A stretch of DNA of 58,192 nucleotides from an uncultured Bacillales bacterium (GCA_964470405.1 CAYYCV010000006.1:1-58192); one strand, 5' to 3'. Counted from the stretch's first letter, positions 33,651-43,415 are shown. Notes: generated from the sequence alone by a model not told the origin. Numbers and translations are program-made.

Positions 33651-35387
33651 TTACCGTTTTGGTCCTAAATTCAATCCGATCATCTTGGCGGCGATAGCGA
33701 TGCCGACCGTCATGAACATGATAATCACGCCAATCACCGTGGCGGCCTCCAATCGCCCGTCGTACATCATGTCCAACTGCAGCATCGCCAGCGGCTTGTT
33801 GCTTGGAGTGGACAACAAGGCGACGTGAGCGACCGATCTGGCGGCGCTGGCGAAGATGGTCACGGCGACCACGGCGACGGTCGGCGCGATAAGCGGCAAT
33901 ATGATTCGCCTCATCGAGTAAAATAACGAGGCGCCGCTCACGTACGAGGCTTCTTCCAATTCGTTGCCGATTTGCAGCATACCGCCTTTCATCAATTGAA
34001 TGCCGAACGTCATATTGCCGAACAACACCGCAATAACCAGAATGATCATGGTGCCGTAAAGAGGCTGGAATACGGGGGTGGACAGCACCATCCACAGGAA
34101 GCCCAGGCTCACGACAATACCGGGAATCGCGGTGGGCATCCAGGACAGGAAGTCGAGGGATCCCCGCAAGCGATACGATGACTTGACCGAAATATAAGTG
34201 ATCAAAAACAAAATGGGGATAGAAATCAGCATCGTGCCAATAGACAGAATGAGGGTGTTATTCAAACCGTGAATAAATCCCGAGTTGGACAAAACCGCGT
34301 GCCAGTTGTAGGTGGTCCAATCGGTGCCCCACATGCCGAATATCCGTTTGAAGCTGCCTACCACGACCATAAGCAAGGGAACGATCGTCATGATAAAAAC
34401 GAACAGGAAAACGAACGAAAATGCGGGCCATTTCCATTTGCCCAGCTTGAATGTTCTGGTGGAAAATTTACCTGAAACCGTAGTGTAATTTTTACGGGCA
34501 ATGATCATTTGTTGCGCGATCACCATCGGCACGATCATGAGCAGCGCGGCGATGCTTAAGACGGAGCCATGGCCGTACAGCGGCGGTTCTTGTTTAATAA
34601 AATTATAAATCAATGTGCTATAGACGTGAATGCGGTCCGGAGCGCCCAGAATCAATTCAACCTCAAAGCCCTCCATGGACCGGATCAATCCAAGCACAAC
34701 GGCGACAAGAATCACGGGGACCATAATCGGGACGGTGATGCGAAATATCGTTCCGATGGTGCTCGCCCCTGAAGTCAACGAGGCTTCTTCCAACGACGCG
34801 TTCATGTTGCGCATGGCAGGCGCCAGCATCATAATCTTTACGGGTATCGTTCCGGTCAGCAGGTGTACCCAAATTATACCCCAGTAAGAATAGATGTTAA
34901 ATGGACCTTTGTCGATAAATGGGATTTTTTCAATTAACGTGTTAAGCAAACCGTTGTGCCAATCGAAAATCATAATCCATGACAAGGTGACTGTCAAGGT
35001 CGGCATGAAAAGGGCGATCCAAAAACCGACCTCCAGCCAGTGCCCGCCGGGTAAATCCGTCCGCGCGATCAACCATGCCAGAAAGACGCCGATCACAATC
35101 GCGATCAGTTGCCGCATCACGGAAAGCGTGATCGTGTTCCAGATCGCATCCTTGATATTTTTATCGTGCAGCGCTTCGATCCAGTTGGACAGTCCCAGGT
35201 AATACTCCTGGCCGAAGTTGCCCACCCGAATCGATTGGATGATGACGAGAGCCAAGGGATACAGGACAAAGAAGCCGACGATGATAAGGATGGCCGTATA
35301 GAACACCGTGCTTGGGCGAATGGATTTTTTCAGCTTGTCGGCAAGGTTGGACCCCGGTTCGAGCGGCTGATAATCTAGCTTTTCCAT
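33651..35387 (-). CDS. ABC transporter permease, fused double-domain (FbpB/ThiP-like)
   Basis: About 578 aa with two MetI-like permease halves. The ATG at 35387 overlaps the upstream ATPase stop. Confidence 0.85.
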   Translation of the reverse strand: MEKLDYQPLEPGSNLADKLKKSIRPSTVFYTAILIIVGFFVLYPLALVIIQSIRVGNFGQEYYLGLSNWIEALHDKNIKDAIWNTITLSVMRQLIAIVIGVFLAWLIARTDLPGGHWLEVGFWIALFMPTLTVTLSWIMIFDWHNGLLNTLIEKIPFIDKGPFNIYSYWGIIWVHLLTGTIPVKIMMLAPAMRNMNASLEEASLTSGASTIGTIFRITVPIMVPVILVAVVLGLIRSMEGFEVELILGAPDRIHVYSTLIYNFIKQEPPLYGHGSVLSIAALLMIVPMVIAQQMIIARKNYTTVSGKFSTRTFKLGKWKWPAFSFVFLFVFIMTIVPLLMVVVGSFKRIFGMWGTDWTTYNWHAVLSNSGFIHGLNNTLILSIGTMLISIPILFLITYISVKSSYRLRGSLDFLSWMPTAIPGIVVSLGFLWMVLSTPVFQPLYGTMIILVIAVLFGNMTFGIQLMKGGMLQIGNELEEASYVSGASLFYSMRRIILPLIAPTVAVVAVTIFASAARSVAHVALLSTPSNKPLAMLQLDMMYDGRLEAATVIGVIIMFMTVGIAIAAKMIGLNLGPKR

Positions 35388-36559
35388 AGCCGGGTATCCT
35401 CCCTTGGAAAGGTAAGAATGATATCTTGCCCAAGCGACCACTTCTGATGATGCGGCAAAAACAAAGATATTTTCTCGCTGCCTTGTAAAGTAACGGTCGT
35501 CTCATATCCGTTGCCGACGAAGAACAGCATATCGATTTGGCATCGCATCGCGTTGATATCCGGTTGACCGGACAGCTCCTCGTAACGGGTTTCCGTGTAA
35601 GGCACGGCGGAGATATGCTCGGGACGAAGGGATGCCACGGCGCTTTCGCCCACGGAAAGATCGTCGGACAACGGATGGCTGGCATGGAAAAAGCGCTCTT
35701 GTTGACTGTTCAGCGACAATCGATATCCTTCCGCGGACTTCTCCGCCACCTTGCAAGGCAGCAGGATCGATTTTCCCAGGAAATCGCGAACAAAGGTGGT
35801 GACAGGCCGATGGTATACATCCTCCGGCGAGCCGATCTGTTCGATTCTTCCTCCGTTCATCACCCCGATGCGATCCGACAAGCTCAACGCTTCGATCTGG
35901 TCGTGGGTGACGAAGAGAACCGTGATGCCAATTCGCTTCTGCAATTCCTTGACCTCGATGCGCATATGCTCCCTTAACTGGGCGTCCAAATTGCTGAAGG
36001 GTTCGTCCAACAAAAGAATATCCGGACTAAAGACCAGGCTTCTGGCGAAAGCGACTCTCTGCTGCTGTCCCCCGCTCAGCATCGGAGCCGGCCGGTCCGG
36101 CAAATGTCCCAAGCCGACCAATTCGAGCACCCGCATAACTTCCCTTTTAATGACGTCTTTTTTCTGCTTCATCACACGCATCGGATAGGCGACATTTTCA
36201 AACACGGTCATTTGGGGCCAAATGGCGTACGATTGAAACACCATGCCCATCTTCCGCTTGTTCGTCGGAACGAACGTGTTGCTTATTTTGGAATCGATAA
36301 TTTTACCGTTATAGGTGATTTCTCCGCCATCGATCTTCTCCAGCCCGATCGCCATTCTCAACGTCGTTGTTTTTCCGCACCCGCTGGGTCCGAGCAATGT
36401 TAAAATCTCGCCTCTTTTGATTTCCAAATTCAGGTCCTTCACCACGTGTACGTTTCCAAAGTGTTTGTTGACCTTGTTCATCAGAAGCACATGATCGTCG
36501 CGGGTCGGGCTTTGATCCGCATGGCTCCCCTGTTTAGGGTTCGCGTTTAAAGACAGCAT
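35375..36559 (-). CDS. ABC transporter ATP-binding protein (PotA/FbpC-like with C-terminal TOBE-like domain)
   Basis: Walker A GPSGCGKTT, signature LSGGQQQRV and Walker B LLLDEP. Confidence 0.92.
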   Translation of the reverse strand: MLSLNANPKQGSHADQSPTRDDHVLLMNKVNKHFGNVHVVKDLNLEIKRGEILTLLGPSGCGKTTTLRMAIGLEKIDGGEITYNGKIIDSKISNTFVPTNKRKMGMVFQSYAIWPQMTVFENVAYPMRVMKQKKDVIKREVMRVLELVGLGHLPDRPAPMLSGGQQQRVAFARSLVFSPDILLLDEPFSNLDAQLREHMRIEVKELQKRIGITVLFVTHDQIEALSLSDRIGVMNGGRIEQIGSPEDVYHRPVTTFVRDFLGKSILLPCKVAEKSAEGYRLSLNSQQERFFHASHPLSDDLSVGESAVASLRPEHISAVPYTETRYEELSGQPDINAMRCQIDMLFFVGNGYETTVTLQGSEKISLFLPHHQKWSLGQDIILTFPREDTRLWKS

Positions 36560-36613
36560 AGTCTACCTCCTTGTATGCGCGCATGAGGCGTACCTCAATC
36601 AAGTCGAATGGAA

Positions 36614-37597
36614 TCAACGATGCTCCGGAACGAGCAGGATTTTGCCGATGCTGTTCCTGGCTTCGACCAATCGGTGCGCATCTGCGGCTTCCGCCAGGGA
36701 AAAGGTATCCCCGACGACAATATGCAAGCTCCCCTTGCTCAAATAACCCAGCACTTTCTCCGCTGTCGGCTTTACAAGATGGGGCCGGTGTTTCCGCGTA
36801 TGCCCGAAGCTGAATCCGAGCACCGATCTGCAATTATGGAACAAATCGGCCGTGTTGATCTTCGTCGGTCCGCCCATATTCCCAAATACAACGAGCCGGC
36901 CGTACATCGCCAGACAGCTCAAGCTGCGTTCCGTAACGGGTCCCGAAATCGAATCGAGGATCACGTCCGCGCCTTTTCCGTCCGTTATATCCAGCACAGC
37001 CTTAGAAAAGTCTTCTTCGGTGTGATGGATGACGTGGTCGGCACCCGCCTCTTTCGCGATGGCCGCCTTGCTTTCGCTGCTCACCGTGCCGATCACCTGC
37101 GACGCTCCGAGTAATTTGGCGATTTGAACGGCCGTCGATCCCACGCCGCCCGCCGCTCCATGAATGAGCACGGTTTCGCCCTCCCGAATTCGCGCCACGT
37201 CCGCCAGCAACTGATGGGAAGTAAAGGCCACGATCGGGCAGGCCGCGCCCAATTTGAAATCCACCGCATCCGGCAGCGGAAACGTTAATATCGCATCGGT
37301 CGCAACATATTCGGCATAGGATCCGTTTGACGTGAATGCGATGACCCGCTGTCCGACCCGAAATTCGGTTATGTCGGCCCCTGTCTCTACGATCGTGCCG
37401 GCGACGTCCAACCCCGGAATATACGGCAGTTGCCTGATGTTGCGCGGGTTCCCGTAACGGCCTTTGATATCCGCATAATTCACCCCTGTGGCTTCCACCC
37501 GGATCAGGACCTGATTGGCCGCCGGCGCGGGTCGATTCATATCCGTATATCGCATCACTTCAGGTCCGCCGTGTTGCGTGACGATCACTGCTTTCAT
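36614..37597 (-). CDS. NADPH:quinone oxidoreductase-like MDR dehydrogenase
   Basis: MKAVIVTQHGGPEVM... and an AAGGVGS Rossmann motif. The internal ATG at 37597 is preferred. Confidence 0.85.
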   Translation of the reverse strand: MKAVIVTQHGGPEVMRYTDMNRPAPAANQVLIRVEATGVNYADIKGRYGNPRNIRQLPYIPGLDVAGTIVETGADITEFRVGQRVIAFTSNGSYAEYVATDAILTFPLPDAVDFKLGAACPIVAFTSHQLLADVARIREGETVLIHGAAGGVGSTAVQIAKLLGASQVIGTVSSESKAAIAKEAGADHVIHHTEEDFSKAVLDITDGKGADVILDSISGPVTERSLSCLAMYGRLVVFGNMGGPTKINTADLFHNCRSVLGFSFGHTRKHRPHLVKPTAEKVLGYLSKGSLHIVVGDTFSLAEAADAHRLVEARNSIGKILLVPEHR

Positions 37598-37608
37598 TTT
37601 CCCATCCC

Positions 37609-37848
37609 CTACCAAACTTGAATGATTTCTCCGCGTTCGACCGCTTCCCAAATGGTATACGTGTCAAAGCCTTTATCTTTCCAATCTACCAGATCGTAAT
37701 CCAATCTATGGCCAATAATCACCCGGATGCCGTGTTTGCGCAAATGCTCCGCCTCTTCCAGCGCGCGCGAGCTGAAGGACAGAATCGCGATCAATTTGCC
37801 TCTGTAGTATTTGTCGATAAAGTCGCTCTCGGTGTTATTGCCCGCCAT
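37609..37848 (-). CDS. Small protein resembling the first about 70 residues of ketol-acid reductoisomerase, with a degenerate Gly-rich loop
   Basis: 79 aa. GKLIAILSFSSRALEEAEHLRKHGIRVIIGHR...WKDKGFDTYTIWEAVERGEIIQVW aligns by eye with IlvC [30 protein letters not shown]...AAAQAEIIMVL. A GGAGG lies 9 nt before the ATG. Confidence 0.5.
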   Translation of the reverse strand: MAGNNTESDFIDKYYRGKLIAILSFSSRALEEAEHLRKHGIRVIIGHRLDYDLVDWKDKGFDTYTIWEAVERGEIIQVW

Positions 37849-37902
37849 AACGCACAACCTCCTGTATGAACGATGAGCATAAGGGGCATAGCCCCTTTAT
37901 GC

Positions 37903-39012
37903 TTATTTGCCCCACGGTAACACCGTGCAATGAATGGCTCCAATGTTGATTTCCGCTCCCACCGTGCGCAAAGCGTCATGCACGCCGTGCAGATCGAACG
38001 AATGCGTGCACAGCTTGTCCAGCGGATGTTTGCCGCCGGCGATGACATCGAGCGCCATTTCCACGGCGAGATAGCTATGCCCGCGCACGCCTCGGACCGT
38101 CAGATTTTTGGACAAAATCTGGTCGCTGTCAAAGGAGGGAATGGGCTGCTTTTTCCTGGCGGCCAGGATCACCCTTCCGCGTTTTCGGGTCATTCGGATC
38201 GCGTTGCTTACGGTCACGGTTCCGCCTGTGGAGACATCCAGCACCATATCCGCCATTTCGCCGTTCGTTATCTCTTTTACCCGTTCAAGCAAGTCTTCCT
38301 TCTCCACATCGACGATATAATCCGCGCCCAGTTCCAACGCCGTGTTCAAGCGGTGGCTGTCGCGGCCCAAACCGCTGACAATGACGCATTTCGCTCCTGC
38401 CGCTTTGGCCGCGATCACGCAGCCCAGGCCTTGCTGTCCCGGACCCTGGATGACCACCGTGTCTCCCATCTTCACTTCGCCTTGCAAGTACACCCATTCG
38501 ATGCCGTTCGACAGCGGGAGAGCCAGGGCGGCCTGCTCCGCGGGAATATGGCTTTTCACTTTGTGCAGCACCGCGCTGGGGTGCAAATATAAATATTGGC
38601 TATACCCGCCGTACAATGAAGGCTTGACGGACGTGGGGGTGGAACCGTAACGGATGAAGTGCTCCCGGTGCGAATCCGTTTGGTAGCAGGAGCGAAATTC
38701 ACCGGTGCGGCAAAATGTGCATTGTCCGCAGGGGAGGTACTCTTCCAACGCGACGCGATCGCCTTCTTTCACCCCCCACAGCTCTTGCGCTCTTCTGCCG
38801 ATTTTCTCGACAAATCCGACATTCTCATGTCCCAATATGCGCGGCGTCAATTTGCCGCCGGTATACATCGGCCAGTCGGAGCCGCAAATTCCGGCGGCTT
38901 CGATTCTTAAAAGCCCGCCGTCTTCCGGAATATCCGGCAAATCGAATTCCTGAAGCTCGGTTGTCCGTTCGGCCACCATGACGGCGGCCAGACATCGATT
39001 AGACAAACCCAT
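37903..39012 (-). CDS. Zinc-dependent alcohol/polyol dehydrogenase (MDR family)
   Basis: GICGSDWPMY, GHENVGFVEKIG, a structural-Zn Cys cluster (CGQCTFCRTGEFRSC) and a GPGQQG Rossmann motif. Confidence 0.88.
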   Translation of the reverse strand: MGLSNRCLAAVMVAERTTELQEFDLPDIPEDGGLLRIEAAGICGSDWPMYTGGKLTPRILGHENVGFVEKIGRRAQELWGVKEGDRVALEEYLPCGQCTFCRTGEFRSCYQTDSHREHFIRYGSTPTSVKPSLYGGYSQYLYLHPSAVLHKVKSHIPAEQAALALPLSNGIEWVYLQGEVKMGDTVVIQGPGQQGLGCVIAAKAAGAKCVIVSGLGRDSHRLNTALELGADYIVDVEKEDLLERVKEITNGEMADMVLDVSTGGTVTVSNAIRMTRKRGRVILAARKKQPIPSFDSDQILSKNLTVRGVRGHSYLAVEMALDVIAGGKHPLDKLCTHSFDLHGVHDALRTVGAEINIGAIHCTVLPWGK

Positions 39013-39054
39013 CCATCCCCTTCCTTGATACGTGGTTCAACCTTTGCCGGAAGA

Positions 39055-40329
39055 TCAATAGACCGCGATAAACCCGTCCTTCAACGCTTCCTGCCATTTC
39101 TCGTTCCGTCCGATCATGCCCTCTGTTGTGCGAATATGCCGGTACGGCGCGGGATCGATGCCCCGAATCGTTCCGCCTTTCTCCGCGGCGTCGATGGCTT
39201 CCAGAAGCAATTGTCGTGCGGCGATAATCGCCAAATCGGCCGTGCCCAATTTTTCCTGCGAGCGATTCACGATGGGGCCCATGAGCTCCTGCACGGCGAC
39301 GTCCTGCGTATTGACCCCTTTAATGCCGGTGAAGGTTCGGATTCTTTGCTCCTCGCGATCGATCATATAATCGTTCTCCGCGCGGGCTTTCAAACGAAAT
39401 GCGGGATATCCCGGCAAATAGTCGTCGGCGCCCCGCCCGGCTCTGGACTCGTACTCCTTGATGTATTCCGGGGTTAACGGGATATCCTTATCGTAGGCGT
39501 ACATCGTATTGTACACGTAGCAGTGGTGGTCATCGACCGGCACCCAGATGTGCCCGTGAAGCACGGGGATTTTGCGGCGTTTGCCGCTTCGTTCCGTCAC
39601 TCCGCCTCTGATTTGTTGGGAAGGCATGATAAATTGATAGGCCCGAATATATTGGCCTTCCTCTCCCATGTTGCGGATGCCCGCGTAACGGAAGCCGTAT
39701 GCCGTTTTTTCCACTTCCAATTTCGGGGAAGTATCTTTCGTGAATTTGTCCCTGTTGGTAAAATCGTTATCGTGCAGAAAAGCGACATGGGATGTATCGA
39801 TGCCACCTTCCAACGCCTGTAAAAAGTTGCAATGCTGATAGGTTTTCGATACGAAACGATGCGATTCGGGCGCGCGGAGCCATTCGTAATCCGGCTTCGG
39901 CGGCATCTTCTCTTCGGGTCCCATGTAGGTCCATACGATCCCGCCCGCTTCCCAGCAAGGGTAGGATACCGATCTGACCTTGTTTTTGTAATTGCTCTCC
40001 GCCGGCTCGTTCGGCATATCCACGCATTGGCCTTCCGTATCGAACTTCCAGCCGTGGTATACGCAGCGCAAGCCGCACTTTTCGTTGCGCCCCAGGAACA
40101 TGGGCGCTCTGCGATGGGGGCATAGCGCGTCGATGAGCCCCACCTTTCCGTCGCTGTCTCTGAAGGCGATTAAATCCTCTCCCAGCAGCCGAACGCGAAG
40201 CGGGTCGCCGTCCGGAACCGGCAATTCCCTGTGAAGGGCGAATGGAATCCAGTACCTCCGATACAGATTGCCCATCGGTGTTCCCGGTCCTACTTTGGTG
40301 AGGCGCTCGTTGGTTTCCTTAGCAAGCAT
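39055..40329 (-). CDS. Rieske [2Fe-2S] non-heme iron oxygenase, phthalate-dioxygenase-like (alpha-only type)
   Basis: Rieske motif CPHRRAPMFLGRNEKCGLRCVYHGWKF. The N-terminus (LTKVGPGTPMGNLYRRYWIP) is typical of the phthalate family. No beta subunit is present. Confidence 0.85.
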   Translation of the reverse strand: MLAKETNERLTKVGPGTPMGNLYRRYWIPFALHRELPVPDGDPLRVRLLGEDLIAFRDSDGKVGLIDALCPHRRAPMFLGRNEKCGLRCVYHGWKFDTEGQCVDMPNEPAESNYKNKVRSVSYPCWEAGGIVWTYMGPEEKMPPKPDYEWLRAPESHRFVSKTYQHCNFLQALEGGIDTSHVAFLHDNDFTNRDKFTKDTSPKLEVEKTAYGFRYAGIRNMGEEGQYIRAYQFIMPSQQIRGGVTERSGKRRKIPVLHGHIWVPVDDHHCYVYNTMYAYDKDIPLTPEYIKEYESRAGRGADDYLPGYPAFRLKARAENDYMIDREEQRIRTFTGIKGVNTQDVAVQELMGPIVNRSQEKLGTADLAIIAARQLLLEAIDAAEKGGTIRGIDPAPYRHIRTTEGMIGRNEKWQEALKDGFIAVY

Positions 40330-40380
40330 GGTTGCATCCTCCTGATGATTAATGAAGTAGATGATGAATTCAACGGCCGA

Positions 40381-41358
40381 TTATAAACGATATAAAAGCT
40401 TGGCGTTGTCCTCGAATACCTTCTTGCGATCCTGTGCCGTCAACCAATCGATGCTTTCAACGATCGGTTTCAAATCGTCCATCCAGCGCCCGGTTTTTGG
40501 ATCCCTTGCCGAAGCCGTGCCCGGTTTCTCCGTGCCGAACAACACGTTGTCGGGTCCGACCACTTTAAGCAACAGCTCCAGAGCTTCCTTCGAATAGTTG
40601 CAGGTTTCAAAATAAAGCTTCTTCATGCTGAGATCGAAGTCTTCTTCGTCCTTGCGGATCCGCCATGCCCGGAAGCGGCCCATGTGATAGGGAATCGCGC
40701 CTCCGCTGTGCCCCATGATAATTTTTAACTTGGGAAAATCCTTGAAGACGTTGGAATCCAGCAAAGACATGATCGCAATGCTTTCTTCATTAATGAAATG
40801 CAAGGTGTAGGATACCCTTTCCAAACAACAGCCCGCCGAATGGATCAGGGCCGGAATGTCCAGCTCCACCATTTTCTCGTACAGCGGATACCAATATTCG
40901 TCTCCCAGCCCTTTCGGTTCCGGCCCGTTTCCTTCCGTGGGATCCGGGTTCAGCAGGCAGCCGACGAATCCAAGCTCCTTCACGCATCGTTCCAGTTCAT
41001 CCAGGCAGTTCTCGACAGGCTCGCCCGGAACTTGGGGCAATCCCGCGACCCCTTTGAACACCTCCGGATGCAATCGGCATTGCTGTGCGATGATATCGTT
41101 GACATACCTCGTCCACATATGCACGATGGGTCCGGGTTTGATCGAATGCATCATCTGGTAAGGTCTGGGCGAGATGAATTGCATATCCGTGCCGACTTCC
41201 TTCAACAAACCCAGATGCTTGGTCAAATTTTGCTCTATCAATTCATCGCTGAGCTTCGCCGGCTTCTGGATCGGATTGCCTCTGCTCGCAATTAACTTCG
41301 ATTGAAATAGGTAGGCTTCCGCCGGAGCGGAGGTATGGCCATGAATGTCGATAATCAA
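40381..41358 (-). CDS. Amidohydrolase-2 family enzyme, LigJ-like (4-oxalomesaconate hydratase-like)
   Basis: MIIDIHGH..., ISPRPYQMM, GLPQVPGEP, LNPDP, YWYPLYEK, HFINEE and GGAIPYHMGRF. The family assignment (PF04909-type) is firm. The LigJ subfamily call rests on my recollection of LigJ. Confidence 0.7.
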   Translation of the reverse strand: MIIDIHGHTSAPAEAYLFQSKLIASRGNPIQKPAKLSDELIEQNLTKHLGLLKEVGTDMQFISPRPYQMMHSIKPGPIVHMWTRYVNDIIAQQCRLHPEVFKGVAGLPQVPGEPVENCLDELERCVKELGFVGCLLNPDPTEGNGPEPKGLGDEYWYPLYEKMVELDIPALIHSAGCCLERVSYTLHFINEESIAIMSLLDSNVFKDFPKLKIIMGHSGGAIPYHMGRFRAWRIRKDEEDFDLSMKKLYFETCNYSKEALELLLKVVGPDNVLFGTEKPGTASARDPKTGRWMDDLKPIVESIDWLTAQDRKKVFEDNAKLLYRL

Positions 41359-41388
41359 AGATCATCTCTCCCTTAATTCGTAAATGTT

Positions 41389-42063
41389 TTAATCGAAATG
41401 ATAAATTTCGAGCGTGCTTTTCCCCGACTTCAATTCGGCCAAAATGGCTTTTTCCTGTTCTTCCCTGCGCTCGGCTTCCATCACGATTCGCTCCACTTGA
41501 TCCATCGGCAGCACGACGCAGCCGTCCGCGTCGCCGAAAATAAGGTCGCCGGGGAAAATCTGCGTGCCCTCGATTCGAATCGGGGCATTGATCGCTCCGA
41601 ACGCATCTTTATTTTTGGAGGTTCCCTGGATGCATAACCCTCTGGAGAAAACGGGAAAGCCCATGTCGATCAACTGCCGTTCGTCGCGCACACAGCCATC
41701 GATCACCAAGCCTTTGATTTTTCTTTCCATCGCGGCCGTGGCCATAATTTCTCCCCAGTAGCCCGCTTCGTGGTGCCCGTTGACATCGATGACCAGAATG
41801 GTGCCGGCTTCGGCTTCGTAAATCGCCCGATGCAGCCACAAATTGTCGCCCGGGGGGGATTGGACGGTGGTGACCCGCCCGTACAGCTTCGTTTCCTTCG
41901 TCAAAGGTTTAATGGCTGCGGGCAGCGCGCCTGTCTTTCCGGCCGCTTCATGCAGCGTTGCGGAAGAATACAGTCCCGCCTTGGCTATCCATTGTTCGAT
42001 CTTGTCATCCGTTGGACGGATCTTTTCGTTGTTGGCCCGCATTTGTTTTCCTGCCTTTATCAT
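41389..42063 (-). CDS. RraA-fold class II aldolase, LigK/HMG-CHA aldolase-like
   Basis: TLHEAAGKTGALP..., SPPGDNLWLHRAI, GYWGEIMATAA and VIDGCVRD match the pattern of 4-carboxy-4-hydroxy-2-oxoadipate aldolases. Confidence 0.7.
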   Translation of the reverse strand: MIKAGKQMRANNEKIRPTDDKIEQWIAKAGLYSSATLHEAAGKTGALPAAIKPLTKETKLYGRVTTVQSPPGDNLWLHRAIYEAEAGTILVIDVNGHHEAGYWGEIMATAAMERKIKGLVIDGCVRDERQLIDMGFPVFSRGLCIQGTSKNKDAFGAINAPIRIEGTQIFPGDLIFGDADGCVVLPMDQVERIVMEAERREEQEKAILAELKSGKSTLEIYHFD

Positions 42064-42707
42064 GATTTGCTTTGCAATCGATGATAGTTGAATTTCTCCC
42101 TTGCACGACCCAAGGTCGCGCCTTGCTCCACTTCCGCTCTAATCGCATCCTCCGCCTTCTCGATTTCCAAGGCCACGGATAGCACTTTCTCCTCGCACTC
42201 TGCGGGGATTACCACGACCCCGTCCGCATCTCCAACCAGCAAGTCGCCCGGGCTGATTCGGACGTTTCCGAATGAAACGGGGACGTTCACGCCTTCGACC
42301 TGCACGCGATCTTTGCCGGTTCGCATATAATGGTCGAGACTGAAGATGGGATAGGCCAGCTTCAGGCTTAGCTCCGAATCGCGGCAAACGCCGTGAATCA
42401 CGGTGCCCGCGATGCGCTTGTGGTGCGCGACGGTTGTCAGAATATCGCCCCAAACGGTGCAATCCGTCTTCCCGTCGTTATCCAAAACGATCAGTTCGCC
42501 TTCGTTTACATCGTCAATATAGTCCCCGACCGTTCCTTTCGTTATGCCGACGGGCCCGTATTTAACCGTAAACGCCCGGCCCACCGTACGAAAGCTTCGA
42601 TCGAGGGGCTTCACACCGAGGCATTGGCCGGTGATCCCGAGCTTGTCCAGCGCGTCCGAAATCGTGGATGTGGATAGTTTTTTGAATGATTCCGCCACCG
42701 AATCCAT
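42060..42707 (-). CDS. RraA family protein (paralog 2)
   Basis: 215 aa. STISDALDKLGITG..., VWGDILTTVA, HGVCRD and GDADGVVVIP. Confidence 0.8.
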   Translation of the reverse strand: MDSVAESFKKLSTSTISDALDKLGITGQCLGVKPLDRSFRTVGRAFTVKYGPVGITKGTVGDYIDDVNEGELIVLDNDGKTDCTVWGDILTTVAHHKRIAGTVIHGVCRDSELSLKLAYPIFSLDHYMRTGKDRVQVEGVNVPVSFGNVRISPGDLLVGDADGVVVIPAECEEKVLSVALEIEKAEDAIRAEVEQGATLGRAREKFNYHRLQSKS

Positions 42708-42715
42708 CTGGATGC

Positions 42716-43381
42716 TTACCCCCTCTCCAACATCGTTTCGTAATTCTTCCCCATCACTTCCGTCACCGTTGTTCCGTTCATCAGATCGTCTATCATTTTT
42801 CTTTCCTTATTAGCCAGCTTCTCCGCCACGGCGATGACCTCCTCCATCCGTTCGGCCGCGATGAACACCACTCCGCTTCCGTCGGCGATGACATAATCTC
42901 CCGGTCGAATGGCCACAGATTCGATTTCGATCTGTTCATTATATGAATGCTCCACGATCCGGCTTCTTGCCGTCACCGTGACAGTGGATCGGGCGAATAC
43001 CGGAAAGCCGTATTCGCGGCTCTCGTCGGCATCCCGACACGCTCCGTGAACGATGGCGCCGCGGATGCCCTTCGCCTTGGCGGCAACGGATAGAATGCCT
43101 CCCCAAGCTCCGACATCCGGACGCCCCTGATTGTCTACGACGATCACATCGTTTGGCGATGCGATTTCTATAGCCGCGGTGCCCAAATGACGGGCGGATG
43201 CCTGGCCGTCTCTCTTGGGAACAAGCTTCACCGTGATGGCTCTTCCTACGATTTTGCCGCAATCCCAAACCTTCCGAAGCCCTATAACGGCTCCCCTTAA
43301 CCCCAGCGAATCAAGCGCATCGGACACCGCGCATGCATCCAGTTCCCCAAGCCTTTGGAGCATCGTCTCGTCATGGCCCAC
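42716..43381 (-). CDS. RraA family protein (paralog 3)
   Basis: AVSDALDSLGLRG..., AWGGILSVAA, HGACRD and ADGSGVVFI. I prefer the GTG at 43381, 8 nt after AAGGAGG. The ORF-track ATG at 43426 lies inside the operator palindrome. Confidence 0.75.
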   Translation of the reverse strand: MGHDETMLQRLGELDACAVSDALDSLGLRGAVIGLRKVWDCGKIVGRAITVKLVPKRDGQASARHLGTAAIEIASPNDVIVVDNQGRPDVGAWGGILSVAAKAKGIRGAIVHGACRDADESREYGFPVFARSTVTVTARSRIVEHSYNEQIEIESVAIRPGDYVIADGSGVVFIAAERMEEVIAVAEKLANKERKMIDDLMNGTTVTEVMGKNYETMLERG

Positions 43382-43415
43382 CTCTTTCGCCTCCTTTGTC
43401 ACCGGAAAATGTAAT

